Assembly (NCBI GenBank): GCA_964510235.1
Contig: CAZEBF010000001.1
Location: 13,001 to 77,000, forward strand
Direction: 5' to 3'
DNA from: an uncultured Candidatus Saccharibacteria bacterium
GTDB lineage: Bacteria; Patescibacteriota; Saccharimonadia; Saccharimonadales; CAYUUR01
Length of the DNA: 64,000 bases
Below the pieces are notes generated by a model. It had not been told where the DNA came from. It saw only the letters and a list, made by a program, of their open reading frames with translations, and searched no databases. A program made the position numbers and the translations under genes. Shown here in pieces: positions 26,156 through 35,305 of the stretch. The stretch's first letter is position 1. Every line of letters starts with the position of its first letter.

Positions 26156-26229
26156 GGTACCCCCACTACGATTCGAACGTAGATCTTTTCCTTAGGACGG
26201 AATTGCTCTATCCATTGAGCTATAGGGGC
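26156..26229 (-). tRNA. tRNA-Arg, anticodon CCU.
   Basis: The reverse complement is GCCCCTATAGCTCAATGGATAGAGC...TTCC GTCCTAA GGAA...CTACGTTCGAATCGTAGTGGGGGTACCA. It has a G1-U72 wobble and the CCA end is encoded. Confidence 0.75.
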
Positions 26230-26230
26230 A

Positions 26231-26262
26231 AAACGGCCGCTTTGTCTGCGGCCGATTGTTTT
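26231..26262 (-). terminator. Intrinsic terminator after ndk.
   Basis: cggccgc tttgtct gcggccg, then TTTTGCCCC on the minus strand. Confidence 0.65.
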
Positions 26263-26819
26263 TAGGCGTGTGTTAATTTTTCGTGCACTGTTTCGTACTT
26301 GTACAGTTCGTTATCGTCAAACCACATGCTGATCTCTTGTTTGGCTTCATCAACCGCACCGGAGGCGTGCACCAAGTTAGCTGCACCCTTCTTTTGCAGT
26401 GAAGCACGTCCCAGACTCAAGTGTGCGTAATCACCGCGGATAGTACCAGGAGCGGAATCTTTTGGACCAGTCGAACCAACCATTTTACGAACCACTTCGA
26501 CAGCATGACCACCTTCTAGCACAAAGGCTATTACTGGTGAACTATTCATGAATGAACGAGTAGCGCTAACAATCATTTCACCAATTTCTTCAATCGTTTC
26601 ACTATACTCGACGCCATATCCATCCCAATCAAGCTTTGTCTTGTTGCCGACAATTGGTACTAATTCATCAGGATAGTGTTTTTTAAGCAGTTCCATACCT
26701 GGGATCATCATCTTCATACCAACAATTTTGAATCCAGCGCGTTCAAAGCGAGCGATAATTTCGCCAGCGAGGCCTCGTTGTACTGCGTCTGGCTTGAGAA
26801 TAACTAATGTTCGTTCCAT
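26262..26819 (-). CDS. ndk: Nucleoside diphosphate kinase.
   Basis: LVILKPDAVQRGL and the NDK active-site region (GRASL...NLVHASG) match. The 185-aa length is longer than typical. Confidence 0.8.
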   Translation of the reverse strand: MERTLVILKPDAVQRGLAGEIIARFERAGFKIVGMKMMIPGMELLKKHYPDELVPIVGNKTKLDWDGYGVEYSETIEEIGEMIVSATRSFMNSSPVIAFVLEGGHAVEVVRKMVGSTGPKDSAPGTIRGDYAHLSLGRASLQKKGAANLVHASGAVDEAKQEISMWFDDNELYKYETVHEKLTHA

Positions 26820-26932
26820 GACTTCCCTTCACTTATTTCTTGCTACTAAAAGCACATTCTAACAGATGTGAAGTCGCATAACAAACCAATGCCCAGCGAC
26901 AGCGGCGCAATCGTGTCGTACAATATAAGCAT

Positions 26933-27862
26933 ATGTTGTTTACCAAAGCCAAAACTGATTTTCTGGAGTACCTAGAGATAGAGCAGAACCGCTCACAGAA
27001 AACTATCGCTAATTATGATCACTACCTAACAAGACTAAGTGACTACGCTGGCGACGACATCAAAGTGGCCGATATCGACCCCGAGATGATTCGCAAATGG
27101 CGACTATGGCTGAACCGACTTGGCACCAATACTAGCGACGAGCTACAAAAGACAACTCAGAATTATCACCTAATCGCACTAAGGAGCTTTCTGAAGTTTT
27201 GCTCCAAACGCGACATCCCTGCTCTGTCAGCTGACAAGATTGAGCTAGCGCGCACCGTTCGCAAACAAGTCACATTTCTAAACGCTGACGAAGTACTGAG
27301 ACTCTTCGAACAAACTGACACATCTACACTTGGCGGCCTTCGTGACCGAGCAATTTTGGAATTGCTCTTCTCTAGCGGCTTGCGTGTGTCTGAGCTGGTT
27401 GGCCTCAATCGTGATCATGTAAACCTCAAACGCCGAGAGTTCATGGTGCGCGGTAAAGGACAGAAAGACCGCCCAATATTCATAAGCCCACTGGCGGCTG
27501 AATGGATCCAAAAATACCTTGATGCTCGCCAGGATACTGCACAAGCATTGTTTATCCGCCACGGTAAAGGTGGCGCCAGGACTGTCGACACCAGTGGAAA
27601 CTACAATCGACTGACCGCCCGTAGCATCCAGCGCATGGTGGCCCGCTATGCCCTGCTGGCAGGCATCACTAAGCATGTTTCACCCCATACGTTACGCCAC
27701 AGTTTTGCGACTGATCTGCTGATGAACGGGGCTGATTTACGCTCTGTGCAGGCCTTGTTAGGCCACAGCAACATCGCCACTACCCAGATCTACACCCACG
27801 TAACCGACCCACATCTCAAATCGGTTCACGAAAAGTTTCACCGCCACGGCGACGACGCCTAA
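26933..27862 (+). CDS. Tyrosine site-specific recombinase, XerC/XerD family.
   Basis: It has an N-terminal core-binding domain. The C-terminal catalytic region is HTLRHSFATDLLMNGADLRSVQALLGHSNIATTQIYTHV, which supplies the R..HxxR..Y residues. Confidence 0.8.
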   Translation: MLFTKAKTDFLEYLEIEQNRSQKTIANYDHYLTRLSDYAGDDIKVADIDPEMIRKWRLWLNRLGTNTSDELQKTTQNYHLIALRSFLKFCSKRDIPALSADKIELARTVRKQVTFLNADEVLRLFEQTDTSTLGGLRDRAILELLFSSGLRVSELVGLNRDHVNLKRREFMVRGKGQKDRPIFISPLAAEWIQKYLDARQDTAQALFIRHGKGGARTVDTSGNYNRLTARSIQRMVARYALLAGITKHVSPHTLRHSFATDLLMNGADLRSVQALLGHSNIATTQIYTHVTDPHLKSVHEKFHRHGDDA

Positions 27863-28950
27863 GGGTTACAGGCTGCTTGTTGAGCAGCGCTTTGAGCTGG
27901 CGTAAGAGTGATGTTTGGCTCGTTAGCGCTATTAACATCATTAACCGACTCTCCGGGTAGTGTATAGAATCTTTTACATAGTGTCGTAAAAGTTTGTAGC
28001 GCGTACTCCGGGAAGACTGCACCAGCGTTGGTGAGCGGCACGTTTACTTGAACACGACGCACCACGTCAGCCGCCTTACCAGTCACATCTATCTTAGCCT
28101 GACCATTCTTAAGCTCCTGAACCTGTCCGTCATCAGCGAACGACTGCACCAGTATGCTGGATGGGCTGTAGATGGCTTTAAGCCTAATGTAATACGAGCT
28201 TCGAGTGAGTCCTGTTAAACGCACCTTACAGAAAGGCTCACGAGAGACATTGCAATTACCATTCACAAACAAGCCTTGTTGTCCGGGAGTTGGTGTTACA
28301 GCCGGAACTGGTTGCGAGGTAGTTCCATTACCGGCATTTGGATACAAGAACGCTTGGTACGTATCGGTAATTTGCTGATTACGCGAAGGGACGTCAGGTA
28401 TCAGCATCAGACGTACAACGCCTGTCGTATCGCCCCATCGATTCTCTGGAGTAAGTAAGTGCGTCGGCGACCAAGTAGGGTCTGCAAAACGAGCATCTGT
28501 GGGACGTTGATCTGGCACCTGCCAGTTAATTTCAAGATTACGTACTGGTTGTCCATTAGCAGTCTCGACTTTCATTACCCATGAGGCACCATCAGGGTCA
28601 ATTCTTGTCTGTAATCCGGTCGGCGTGACATCCATAAGTACGCAGGTAAACGATACATTATTGCCTAAGCTTGCTTGATCCATAATTCCAACTTGTGGGG
28701 TATCTTCACAACTGTCAACATCGCTCAGTGTTGCTAGATTGCCATCTATGTAATCACGCGCCACGTTCACACCACTCTCCGCTGCATAAAACGCTTGGGT
28801 GCTCAGCTGTTGATCCAGAGCTTGCCTTTGCTCACGACGCATCAGTGTGGCAAAACCAACGATGATAAGCGTCACGATTCCGAGAATGATAAGCGTAACA
28901 GTGATGGCTGCCAGGCCTGACTCATTACGACGTAAAGTTGTCTGAGACAT
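27859..28950 (-). CDS. Type IV pilus minor pilin/assembly protein, PilX-like.
   Basis: The N-terminus has a TM helix plus the QAFYAAESG motif typical of PilX. It is the last gene of the pilus cluster. Confidence 0.55.
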   Translation of the reverse strand: MSQTTLRRNESGLAAITVTLIILGIVTLIIVGFATLMRREQRQALDQQLSTQAFYAAESGVNVARDYIDGNLATLSDVDSCEDTPQVGIMDQASLGNNVSFTCVLMDVTPTGLQTRIDPDGASWVMKVETANGQPVRNLEINWQVPDQRPTDARFADPTWSPTHLLTPENRWGDTTGVVRLMLIPDVPSRNQQITDTYQAFLYPNAGNGTTSQPVPAVTPTPGQQGLFVNGNCNVSREPFCKVRLTGLTRSSYYIRLKAIYSPSSILVQSFADDGQVQELKNGQAKIDVTGKAADVVRRVQVNVPLTNAGAVFPEYALQTFTTLCKRFYTLPGESVNDVNSANEPNITLTPAQSAAQQAACNP

Positions 28951-29696
28951 TAGTTTGTTCTCCTATAGACTGTTGTTTGTAATTCTGAGGTAGCGCACCA
29001 TTGAGCACCCAAACCAACGCCTGTACAGCGAGCGGTCAAACTGTCACCTGAGCCGCTAAACTCAATCAACTCGTCATCCTGGCCGTACACTACACCAACC
29101 GCAAAACTAGCTAAAGCGTTACTGTCTTGGGGTACTCGTAACCGGTACAAACGCATACCCTCACCTAGCATCTCTCGCCCATTCGAACCCTGCACACCAC
29201 TGGGCAAATCTTCGCGTGGCTCACAAAGTGGACCAGCTTCGTTCTCATCACGCCACATGGCATTTTTGACATAGTTCTCACTGTTGCTACCAGGCTGATA
29301 AAAATTAACGTCTGGGTTCACTTGACCATTAATGATGTAGCTATAACGAACTTTACCGATACAAAAGGCATTAACCTGCACAGGCCCCTGTGCCCCTGGT
29401 ACCGTCCGGGCAGCCCCAACCGATACTTTTTCGGAGGTAAACTGCAGAGTACGACCAATATCATCAGTGATTGTTCTGGTGGTTTCTTGGGTACGAGAAC
29501 TAACGACTCCCTTGTAGTACAGGCGTCCAATCTGCACTAGCATGCTGGCAGCCAGTAATAGTAAAACTGAGAAAACCACAGTAGATATCATCAACTCTAG
29601 GACGGTAAATCCCGACTGGTTTTTGTGCATACTGCTCATTCGTAGCTCCTGTACACCATCTGTAATTGCTCTTTGCCGCCACCAATGCGATCCCAC
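28950..29696 (-). CDS. Type IV minor pilin, PilW-like.
   Basis: The prepilin-like N-terminus GFTVLELMISTVVFSVLLLLAA sits behind a longer leader. Confidence 0.5.
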   Translation of the reverse strand: MGSHWWRQRAITDGVQELRMSSMHKNQSGFTVLELMISTVVFSVLLLLAASMLVQIGRLYYKGVVSSRTQETTRTITDDIGRTLQFTSEKVSVGAARTVPGAQGPVQVNAFCIGKVRYSYIINGQVNPDVNFYQPGSNSENYVKNAMWRDENEAGPLCEPREDLPSGVQGSNGREMLGEGMRLYRLRVPQDSNALASFAVGVVYGQDDELIEFSGSGDSLTARCTGVGLGAQWCATSELQTTVYRRTN

Positions 29697-30085
29697 CGAA
29701 CGTTAATCGTATACGTTGAGCCCTGTTTGACGATGAAGACATTATGAAAGCCGGAGTTTCTGCCGGTACATGCTGCCGGGTACCCAGCAAAAGTGTCAGC
29801 AATATACGAAGCCGGTGGCACGCTAGCAGACCAAGTTACAGCTGCATTAGTGCCAGCCAGACAAAAAGGACTTCCCGCGGTTACGCCAGTAACACCGGCT
29901 TTGATAGTTTCAACTTGGCTCTCGGCTAGCTTGGTGGCTTCGGCCCGCTCTTGCGCCTGCCGACTGTTACGAAGGGCCGCATTCACAATACTATAGGCAC
30001 CACCGATCACCATGCTCAGAACGGCCAGACTAATCAAGACTTCCACGATTGTATCGCCCCTGTTGTTGGATTGTATGCGCATCAT
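29636..30085 (-). CDS. Type IV minor pilin, PilV-like.
   Basis: The N-terminus RGDTIVEVLISLAVLSMVIGG is a class III signal-like segment. Confidence 0.5.
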   Translation of the reverse strand: MMRIQSNNRGDTIVEVLISLAVLSMVIGGAYSIVNAALRNSRQAQERAEATKLAESQVETIKAGVTGVTAGSPFCLAGTNAAVTWSASVPPASYIADTFAGYPAACTGRNSGFHNVFIVKQGSTYTINVRWDRIGGGKEQLQMVYRSYE

Positions 30086-30909
30086 GGATTACACCCCAAT
30101 GGTACTGAATCAACTATCAGCCGTGTGTTGATACCAGATGCTTGCTCAGTGATCTCAAGGGCAGCCTGGCGTGCGTTCGCGTTTGTGTCATTACGGAAAC
30201 AAACCGTCGCAGAAGAGATTCTGTTGCTCTCTCTGATAGCCCCAATAGCCGTGTCAAAGTTGGCAATCGTCTGACCAACAGGGCCAGTTACTCCGTATAA
30301 ACCTGCCGTTTGTGAACCAGCTATTGGATCACCACCGCTGCCAAATGAGCCCAGACTTGTTATAAATGCTATCCCACTGAGAGAGTTATTGGCTTGGTCG
30401 AATACTCGCTTCACCCCTAGCCCATAGCCAAAGGTAAATGGCGTTACATACGGAGAGTTATTAGGAGCGGCGACTGGCTTGGCATCATCCAGACTGTCAA
30501 CATCTGCTCCACCTGCAGTACGATTGCCAGCAATTGTCACAGTACGTGCACCGGTACAATTATTACTACAGCCGGCTTCACTGGGCCCAAACTGAATAGC
30601 TTTGCCCAAGAAAATGCAGTCTTCGTTGGTTCCCTGTTCTTGAGCAGCACCAGCCGCTCTAATCTCTGGTGGCTGGTTGGCAACTGCACTACATCGCCAT
30701 GCGGTTGTTTCTGGAAAAAAGCCACTCGTAACGTCATTGGCAACATCAGTGATACGTGAGTCGGCGTCCCTGGTACCTTGCGTAAATCGGGTACGTTCTT
30801 GCTGGCCATAAAAAGCCGTCACCGCAATAACGAACATGGCGCCGGTCACCGCCAGCACAATCATCGACTCAATAATGGTAAATCCCCCAGCCTGGGCACG
30901 GCGTTTCAT
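30082..30909 (-). CDS. Type IV minor pilin, FimT/PilE-like.
   Basis: The N-terminus is GGFTIIESMIVLAVTGAMFVIAVTAF. Confidence 0.5.
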   Translation of the reverse strand: MKRRAQAGGFTIIESMIVLAVTGAMFVIAVTAFYGQQERTRFTQGTRDADSRITDVANDVTSGFFPETTAWRCSAVANQPPEIRAAGAAQEQGTNEDCIFLGKAIQFGPSEAGCSNNCTGARTVTIAGNRTAGGADVDSLDDAKPVAAPNNSPYVTPFTFGYGLGVKRVFDQANNSLSGIAFITSLGSFGSGGDPIAGSQTAGLYGVTGPVGQTIANFDTAIGAIRESNRISSATVCFRNDTNANARQAALEITEQASGINTRLIVDSVPLGCNP

Positions 30910-30968
30910 ACCCTCAAGTATAGCATAAGCGTTATTGCAGTCGACGCATTTTTACAGATATACACACA

Positions 30969-31799
30969 TTACAAACCAACCAGCGTATTGTACTGATTGA
31001 CGATACGTTCGCCGTACAACGTAACCACAAATGCGGCAGCTATCAGGAAAGGACCAAATGGCAGTTTACTCGTACGTGAAGCCTTGCCCGCTATCATCAA
31101 CGGTAAAGCGACCAGTGTTCCGATAAAAGACGCCAGGAATAGCAGTAGTATCGCGTTCATTGGCCCGCCCACGATGAGCCCGAGGGCTGCACCGAGCTTA
31201 ACGTCACCACCACCTATCCAGCGGCCATCTGATATCTGGAACAACACATAGAAGAGACCGCCACCGATGGCGACGCCCCAAGCAGCAGAGACCAGCGGAT
31301 CAGCATTTCCTGACACAAGAATACTAGCAGCTACATAGAGACCAGCCAATACAGCCAGAGGCGTTACCATTCGGTTGGGCAACAGCATCCACTTGAGATC
31401 ATACACAGCCAGTGCCATCAGACTAACCACAATGCAGAGCCAGAGGCCAAATAACAGCCATACACCGCCTGATACTGGTTCAGGCCACGCCTTGTAGGAA
31501 ATAACGAACAAAACAGCTGTGGCGAGCTCTACAAGCGGATACTGCGCACCAATACGCTTATGACAGTACCTGCACGCCCCTTTCAGCGACAACCAGCTCA
31601 GTACCGGCACTAGATCTTTAGCAGCCAAACCATGCTTGCAGTGCGGACACATAGAACGACCATGTAGCAAAGAGTATTGGTCTGGCTTCTTGTTTGATCG
31701 CTTAGACTTACTGGTGCCCTGCTTATAGATGCGCCACACATAGGCGTTCACAAAACTACCAAAGCACAGGCCGAGAATAAGCAAACTAAGAATAATCAT
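30969..31799 (-). CDS. pilD: Prepilin peptidase (A24 family).
   Basis: It has the Cys pairs CPHC...CRYC in the cytoplasmic loop and multiple TM helices. Confidence 0.8.
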   Translation of the reverse strand: MIILSLLILGLCFGSFVNAYVWRIYKQGTSKSKRSNKKPDQYSLLHGRSMCPHCKHGLAAKDLVPVLSWLSLKGACRYCHKRIGAQYPLVELATAVLFVISYKAWPEPVSGGVWLLFGLWLCIVVSLMALAVYDLKWMLLPNRMVTPLAVLAGLYVAASILVSGNADPLVSAAWGVAIGGGLFYVLFQISDGRWIGGGDVKLGAALGLIVGGPMNAILLLFLASFIGTLVALPLMIAGKASRTSKLPFGPFLIAAAFVVTLYGERIVNQYNTLVGL

Positions 31800-31812
31800 T
31801 TACCCTATCATA

Positions 31813-31842
31813 ACAAAAAACAGCCCGTTGCCGAGCTGTTTT
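31813..31842 (-). terminator. Intrinsic terminator downstream of pilA copy 1.
   Basis: On the minus strand, AACAGCTCGGCAACGGGCTGTT is followed by TTTTTTGTT. Confidence 0.6.
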
Positions 31843-31860
31843 ATTGAATGCTAGGCTATC

Positions 31861-32352
31861 TTAGCCTTCTTGACAGACTTTGTCGCTAGTACCACCAGTT
31901 TCAACTGTGTACATAGCAGCAAATGCTCGTGAAGTAGCGTTGGTTGAAGTTGCATCGTCTCCGTTAGCAGCACACTTTGCACCACGGACTACCACAACTG
32001 TTGACTCAGTAGTGGCGTTGGTGTTAGTTGTTGCTCCGGCTACAAAAGTGACCTGACCAGAATAAATACCGAGCTTGGCATTTGAGAGTGCTGCCGCCTC
32101 TTCATTAGCTGCAGTTACCCCAGTTGGCAACGTAGGCTGACCAGGCAAGCGACCATTATTGTTGTTTGACCATTCCGAGACTGCACCGAGTACGCTCGCT
32201 ACATCATTTTTTCGTTGTGTGTTACGGCTGTTACGCTGCAAGGCTGGTACAGCCAAGAAGACGATTAGCATGATCAGTCCGGCGATTACTAGGACGATCA
32301 AGACTTCGATGATGGTGAAGCCTTTTTCTTGTTGTTTTACTTTTGATAACAT
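31861..32352 (-). CDS. pilA: Type IV major pilin, PilA copy 1.
   Basis: The prepilin leader MLSKVKQQEKG|FTIIEVLIVLVIAGLIMLIVFLAVPAL has class III signal features. The C-terminal region is variable. Confidence 0.8.
   Translation of the reverse strand: MLSKVKQQEKGFTIIEVLIVLVIAGLIMLIVFLAVPALQRNSRNTQRKNDVASVLGAVSEWSNNNNGRLPGQPTLPTGVTAANEEAAALSNAKLGIYSGQVTFVAGATTNTNATTESTVVVVRGAKCAANGDDATSTNATSRAFAAMYTVETGGTSDKVCQEG
32213..32322. repeat. 110-nt perfect direct repeat, copy A. It encodes the conserved N-terminal helix inside pilA copy 1.
   Basis: It is identical base for base to 32818-32927. Confidence 0.9.
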
Positions 32353-32435
32353 TGCTTTATTTCCCCCTTATATGTGCTTAAAGCATAGTGCTTATGTATG
32401 AATGGTAACTGCTCGTTTAGCGAAATGCAACTTTT

Positions 32436-32957
32436 TTATGAGGAGATGCACGTTGCTGTAGCGTTACCACCTGTTTCGACTGCATAGACCACAACTATGC
32501 TGGTGCCGCTCTGAACATCATTGTTAGTGCACTTAGCCTGTCCGAGCATAATTATTAGGCTCTGGTTTGTAGTAATTGTTGTACCAAGAGTACTAGTCGC
32601 TAGATTTCCGGTTTGTCCCGTTGTATTAGCAAGTATATTTAATGCTGAACCACCATATATGCTCAGGCTACCAGCATTAGTTAGAATTGCGGTACGTGTC
32701 GTATCTGGCGCGCCGGAGCATGCAGCCAGTACTGGAAAGCAAGTTGCAGGCCAGGCATTTGCATTATTCGTTCGCCACTCGGAAGCCCCACTTACAATGC
32801 GGCTAGCTTCTGTTCTTCGTTGTGTGTTACGGCTGTTACGCTGCAAGGCTGGTACAGCCAAGAAGACGATTAGCATGATCAGTCCGGCGATTACTAGGAC
32901 GATCAAGACTTCGATGATGGTGAAGCCCTCGGTCTTTTTCTTTAGTTGTGTTTTCAT
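32436..32957 (-). CDS. pilA: Type IV major pilin, PilA copy 2 (paralogue).
   Basis: MKTQLKKKTEG|FTIIEVLIVLVIAG... has the same N-terminal helix as copy 1. The C-terminal domain is divergent. Confidence 0.8.
   Translation of the reverse strand: MKTQLKKKTEGFTIIEVLIVLVIAGLIMLIVFLAVPALQRNSRNTQRRTEASRIVSGASEWRTNNANAWPATCFPVLAACSGAPDTTRTAILTNAGSLSIYGGSALNILANTTGQTGNLATSTLGTTITTNQSLIIMLGQAKCTNNDVQSGTSIVVVYAVETGGNATATCISS
32818..32927. repeat. 110-nt perfect direct repeat, copy B, inside pilA copy 2.
   Basis: It is identical to 32213-32322. The two encode GFTIIEVLIVLVIAGLIMLIVFLAVPALQRNSRNTQR in both genes. Confidence 0.9.
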
Positions 32958-32988
32958 TTAGTGCCCATCCTATTTTTAAACATTAGCT

Positions 32989-34215
32989 TTATACTACAGT
33001 AACCTCGTTGACCAGTCCATAGATTGGCATCAATACTGCCGCCACAATAGTTATGGCCACAATACCGAGCAGAATCATCATTATTGGTTCGATGACCGTA
33101 GAAATAGTCTTAATCTCGTTATCGACTTCTTTCTCATAATAATCTGCTGTTTTACCAAGCATTTGCTCAATTGCACCAGATTGCTCACCGATACGGAGCA
33201 TGTTAGGCACAAGATCCAAGAAGTTATCATTATTTTCTAGTGCTGACGACAACGACTTACCAGCCTTTACCTTCTCGGTAGCTTTAATTAGTGCCGCCTC
33301 AATGTGGACATTATTAATTGATCTACCCGTAATCTGCAATGTTTGCACCAGTGGTACACCACTGGCAACCAGCGTAGTACCCGTTCGGGCAAATCGCGCC
33401 ATATACATCTTCATGAACAGTGGTCCAATTGGCCAAGCCACCATTTTTATTCGGTCGATGACGCGCTTTCCGCCAAAACTACGAGCCCAGCGACTGCCAA
33501 AGAAGATTGCCACAACGAGTATTATGACCACGACATACCAGTACGTCCGTACAAAGCTCGAGAATGAAAGCAAGGCTCGCGTCAGTAACGGCAACGAAGC
33601 ACCGCCCCCGATGCTCGTGTACAATTCTTCTACCTGCGGTAACACCTGGAGCACCATAAAACCTACTACCAAAATCATCACAAACAGCACGATACCCGGA
33701 TATACCATAGCGCCACGGACCTTACTAATAATCTCGGCGTCTTTTTCTTGCTGGTTAGCTAAGCGTTCGAGTGATTTATCGAGCGTACCGGATGCCTCGC
33801 CTGCTGCCACCAGGTTGACGAACACGTTATCAAAAACCATCGGATGGCTGCCGAGTGCAGCAGAGAATGATTGACCAGCCTCAACATCAGCGATTACCTG
33901 GTTAATCACAAGCTTCATATTTTTGTTCTTAGTCTGCTGAGCAATGCTACGCAGCGACTGCACCAAGGGCAGACCAGCGTTAATCAGCGTGGAAAGCTGA
34001 CGCGAGAACAGGATTTTGTCTTTGGTCTTGATGCGCTTTGTAAATCGTCCCAAACCGCCCGAACCAGGACCGCCTGATTTTACCTCGATCTCCAGCACCG
34101 ACAAACCCTGTTGCTGTACCAGTTTAGTAGCAGCAGACTCAGTTTCGGCCTGAACTTCAGCCTTTACTTTTTGGCCTGAGGCTGGGTCGCGTGCGGTGTA
34201 AGAAAAAGTTAACAT
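32989..34215 (-). CDS. pilC: Type IV pilus platform protein PilC (GspF family).
   Basis: It has two T2SS-F domains and three TM segments. Confidence 0.85.
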   Translation of the reverse strand: MLTFSYTARDPASGQKVKAEVQAETESAATKLVQQQGLSVLEIEVKSGGPGSGGLGRFTKRIKTKDKILFSRQLSTLINAGLPLVQSLRSIAQQTKNKNMKLVINQVIADVEAGQSFSAALGSHPMVFDNVFVNLVAAGEASGTLDKSLERLANQQEKDAEIISKVRGAMVYPGIVLFVMILVVGFMVLQVLPQVEELYTSIGGGASLPLLTRALLSFSSFVRTYWYVVVIILVVAIFFGSRWARSFGGKRVIDRIKMVAWPIGPLFMKMYMARFARTGTTLVASGVPLVQTLQITGRSINNVHIEAALIKATEKVKAGKSLSSALENNDNFLDLVPNMLRIGEQSGAIEQMLGKTADYYEKEVDNEIKTISTVIEPIMMILLGIVAITIVAAVLMPIYGLVNEVTVV

Positions 34216-34225
34216 TTATATGTTC

Positions 34226-35302
34226 CTAACCCCTCATCAACCGATCAAGTTCATCGAGATCAATGGCGTAGTTACGTGCCTCATCGTAGGTAATGGTACC
34301 GTTGTGAATCAGCTGAACCAGTGTTTTATCCATTGATTGCATACCGAACTCGGCGCCAGTCTGAATGACTGCCTCGAGCTGGTGACTCTTACCTTCACGG
34401 ATGATATTGCGAACGGCCGGTGTTGCCACCAAAATTTCTGCTGATGCAATTCGTCCACCACCGATAGACGGGATTAGACGCTGTGACACAATGGCCTGCA
34501 AGATGTTCGCCAACTGCGCACGAATTTGTGGCTGTTGGTGTGGTGGAAAAACATCAATCATACGGTCAATACTCTGTGAGGCACTGTTGGTGTGCAGAGT
34601 TGCAAACACCAAGTGACCTGTTTCAGCTATGGTAATAGCCGCAGCAATAGTCTCTAGGTCGCGCATCTCACCAATCAGCACAACGTCAGGGTCTTGGCGC
34701 AAGCTAGAACGCAAAGCGGCTGAGAATGAATAGGTGTCGTAGTGAACTTCGCGCTGAACGATAACTGATTTATTACTCTTGTGAGTAAATTCAATTGGAT
34801 CTTCGATGGTAACAATGTGCTGAGCCCGTTCGGCGTTAATCTTGTGGATCATAGCTGCCAGCGTGGTTGACTTACCAGAACCGGTTGGACCAGTTACCAA
34901 CACCAAACCGCGCGGATAATCAGCAAACTTGTTAACGATTGGTGGAAGACCAAGCTGTTCGATGGTCAAAATCTCGTTCGGGATTAAACGTAAAGCCGCT
35001 GCTAAGTTGCCCCGCTCATGGAAGGCGTTGACACGGAAGCGCCCCAGGTCACCAAAGGCAAAACTGAAGTCAAACTCTTTGTCTTTGAGGAGAATTTGCT
35101 TTTGGTCTTCGTCTAAGATTGCAAAAATAAGTGCTTCAACCGCTTCTTCGGTCAATGCCTCGGTGCCACTGACTGGCAACAGTGAACCATCAACACGCAA
35201 CATCGGTGGCAAGCCCACCTGCAAGTGAAGGTCTGAGCCCTTCTTCTTGATGACTTCTTCTAGTAAGATTTCAATTTTTGGTTGTCCCTGCATACTTCCC
35301 AC
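34226..35302 (-). CDS. pilT: Type IV pilus retraction ATPase PilT.
   Basis: It has the Walker A motif GPTGSGKST, the Asp box, the His box, and the PilT-length (358 aa) layout. Confidence 0.85.
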   Translation of the reverse strand: MGSMQGQPKIEILLEEVIKKKGSDLHLQVGLPPMLRVDGSLLPVSGTEALTEEAVEALIFAILDEDQKQILLKDKEFDFSFAFGDLGRFRVNAFHERGNLAAALRLIPNEILTIEQLGLPPIVNKFADYPRGLVLVTGPTGSGKSTTLAAMIHKINAERAQHIVTIEDPIEFTHKSNKSVIVQREVHYDTYSFSAALRSSLRQDPDVVLIGEMRDLETIAAAITIAETGHLVFATLHTNSASQSIDRMIDVFPPHQQPQIRAQLANILQAIVSQRLIPSIGGGRIASAEILVATPAVRNIIREGKSHQLEAVIQTGAEFGMQSMDKTLVQLIHNGTITYDEARNYAIDLDELDRLMRG

Positions 35303-35305
35303 CTT

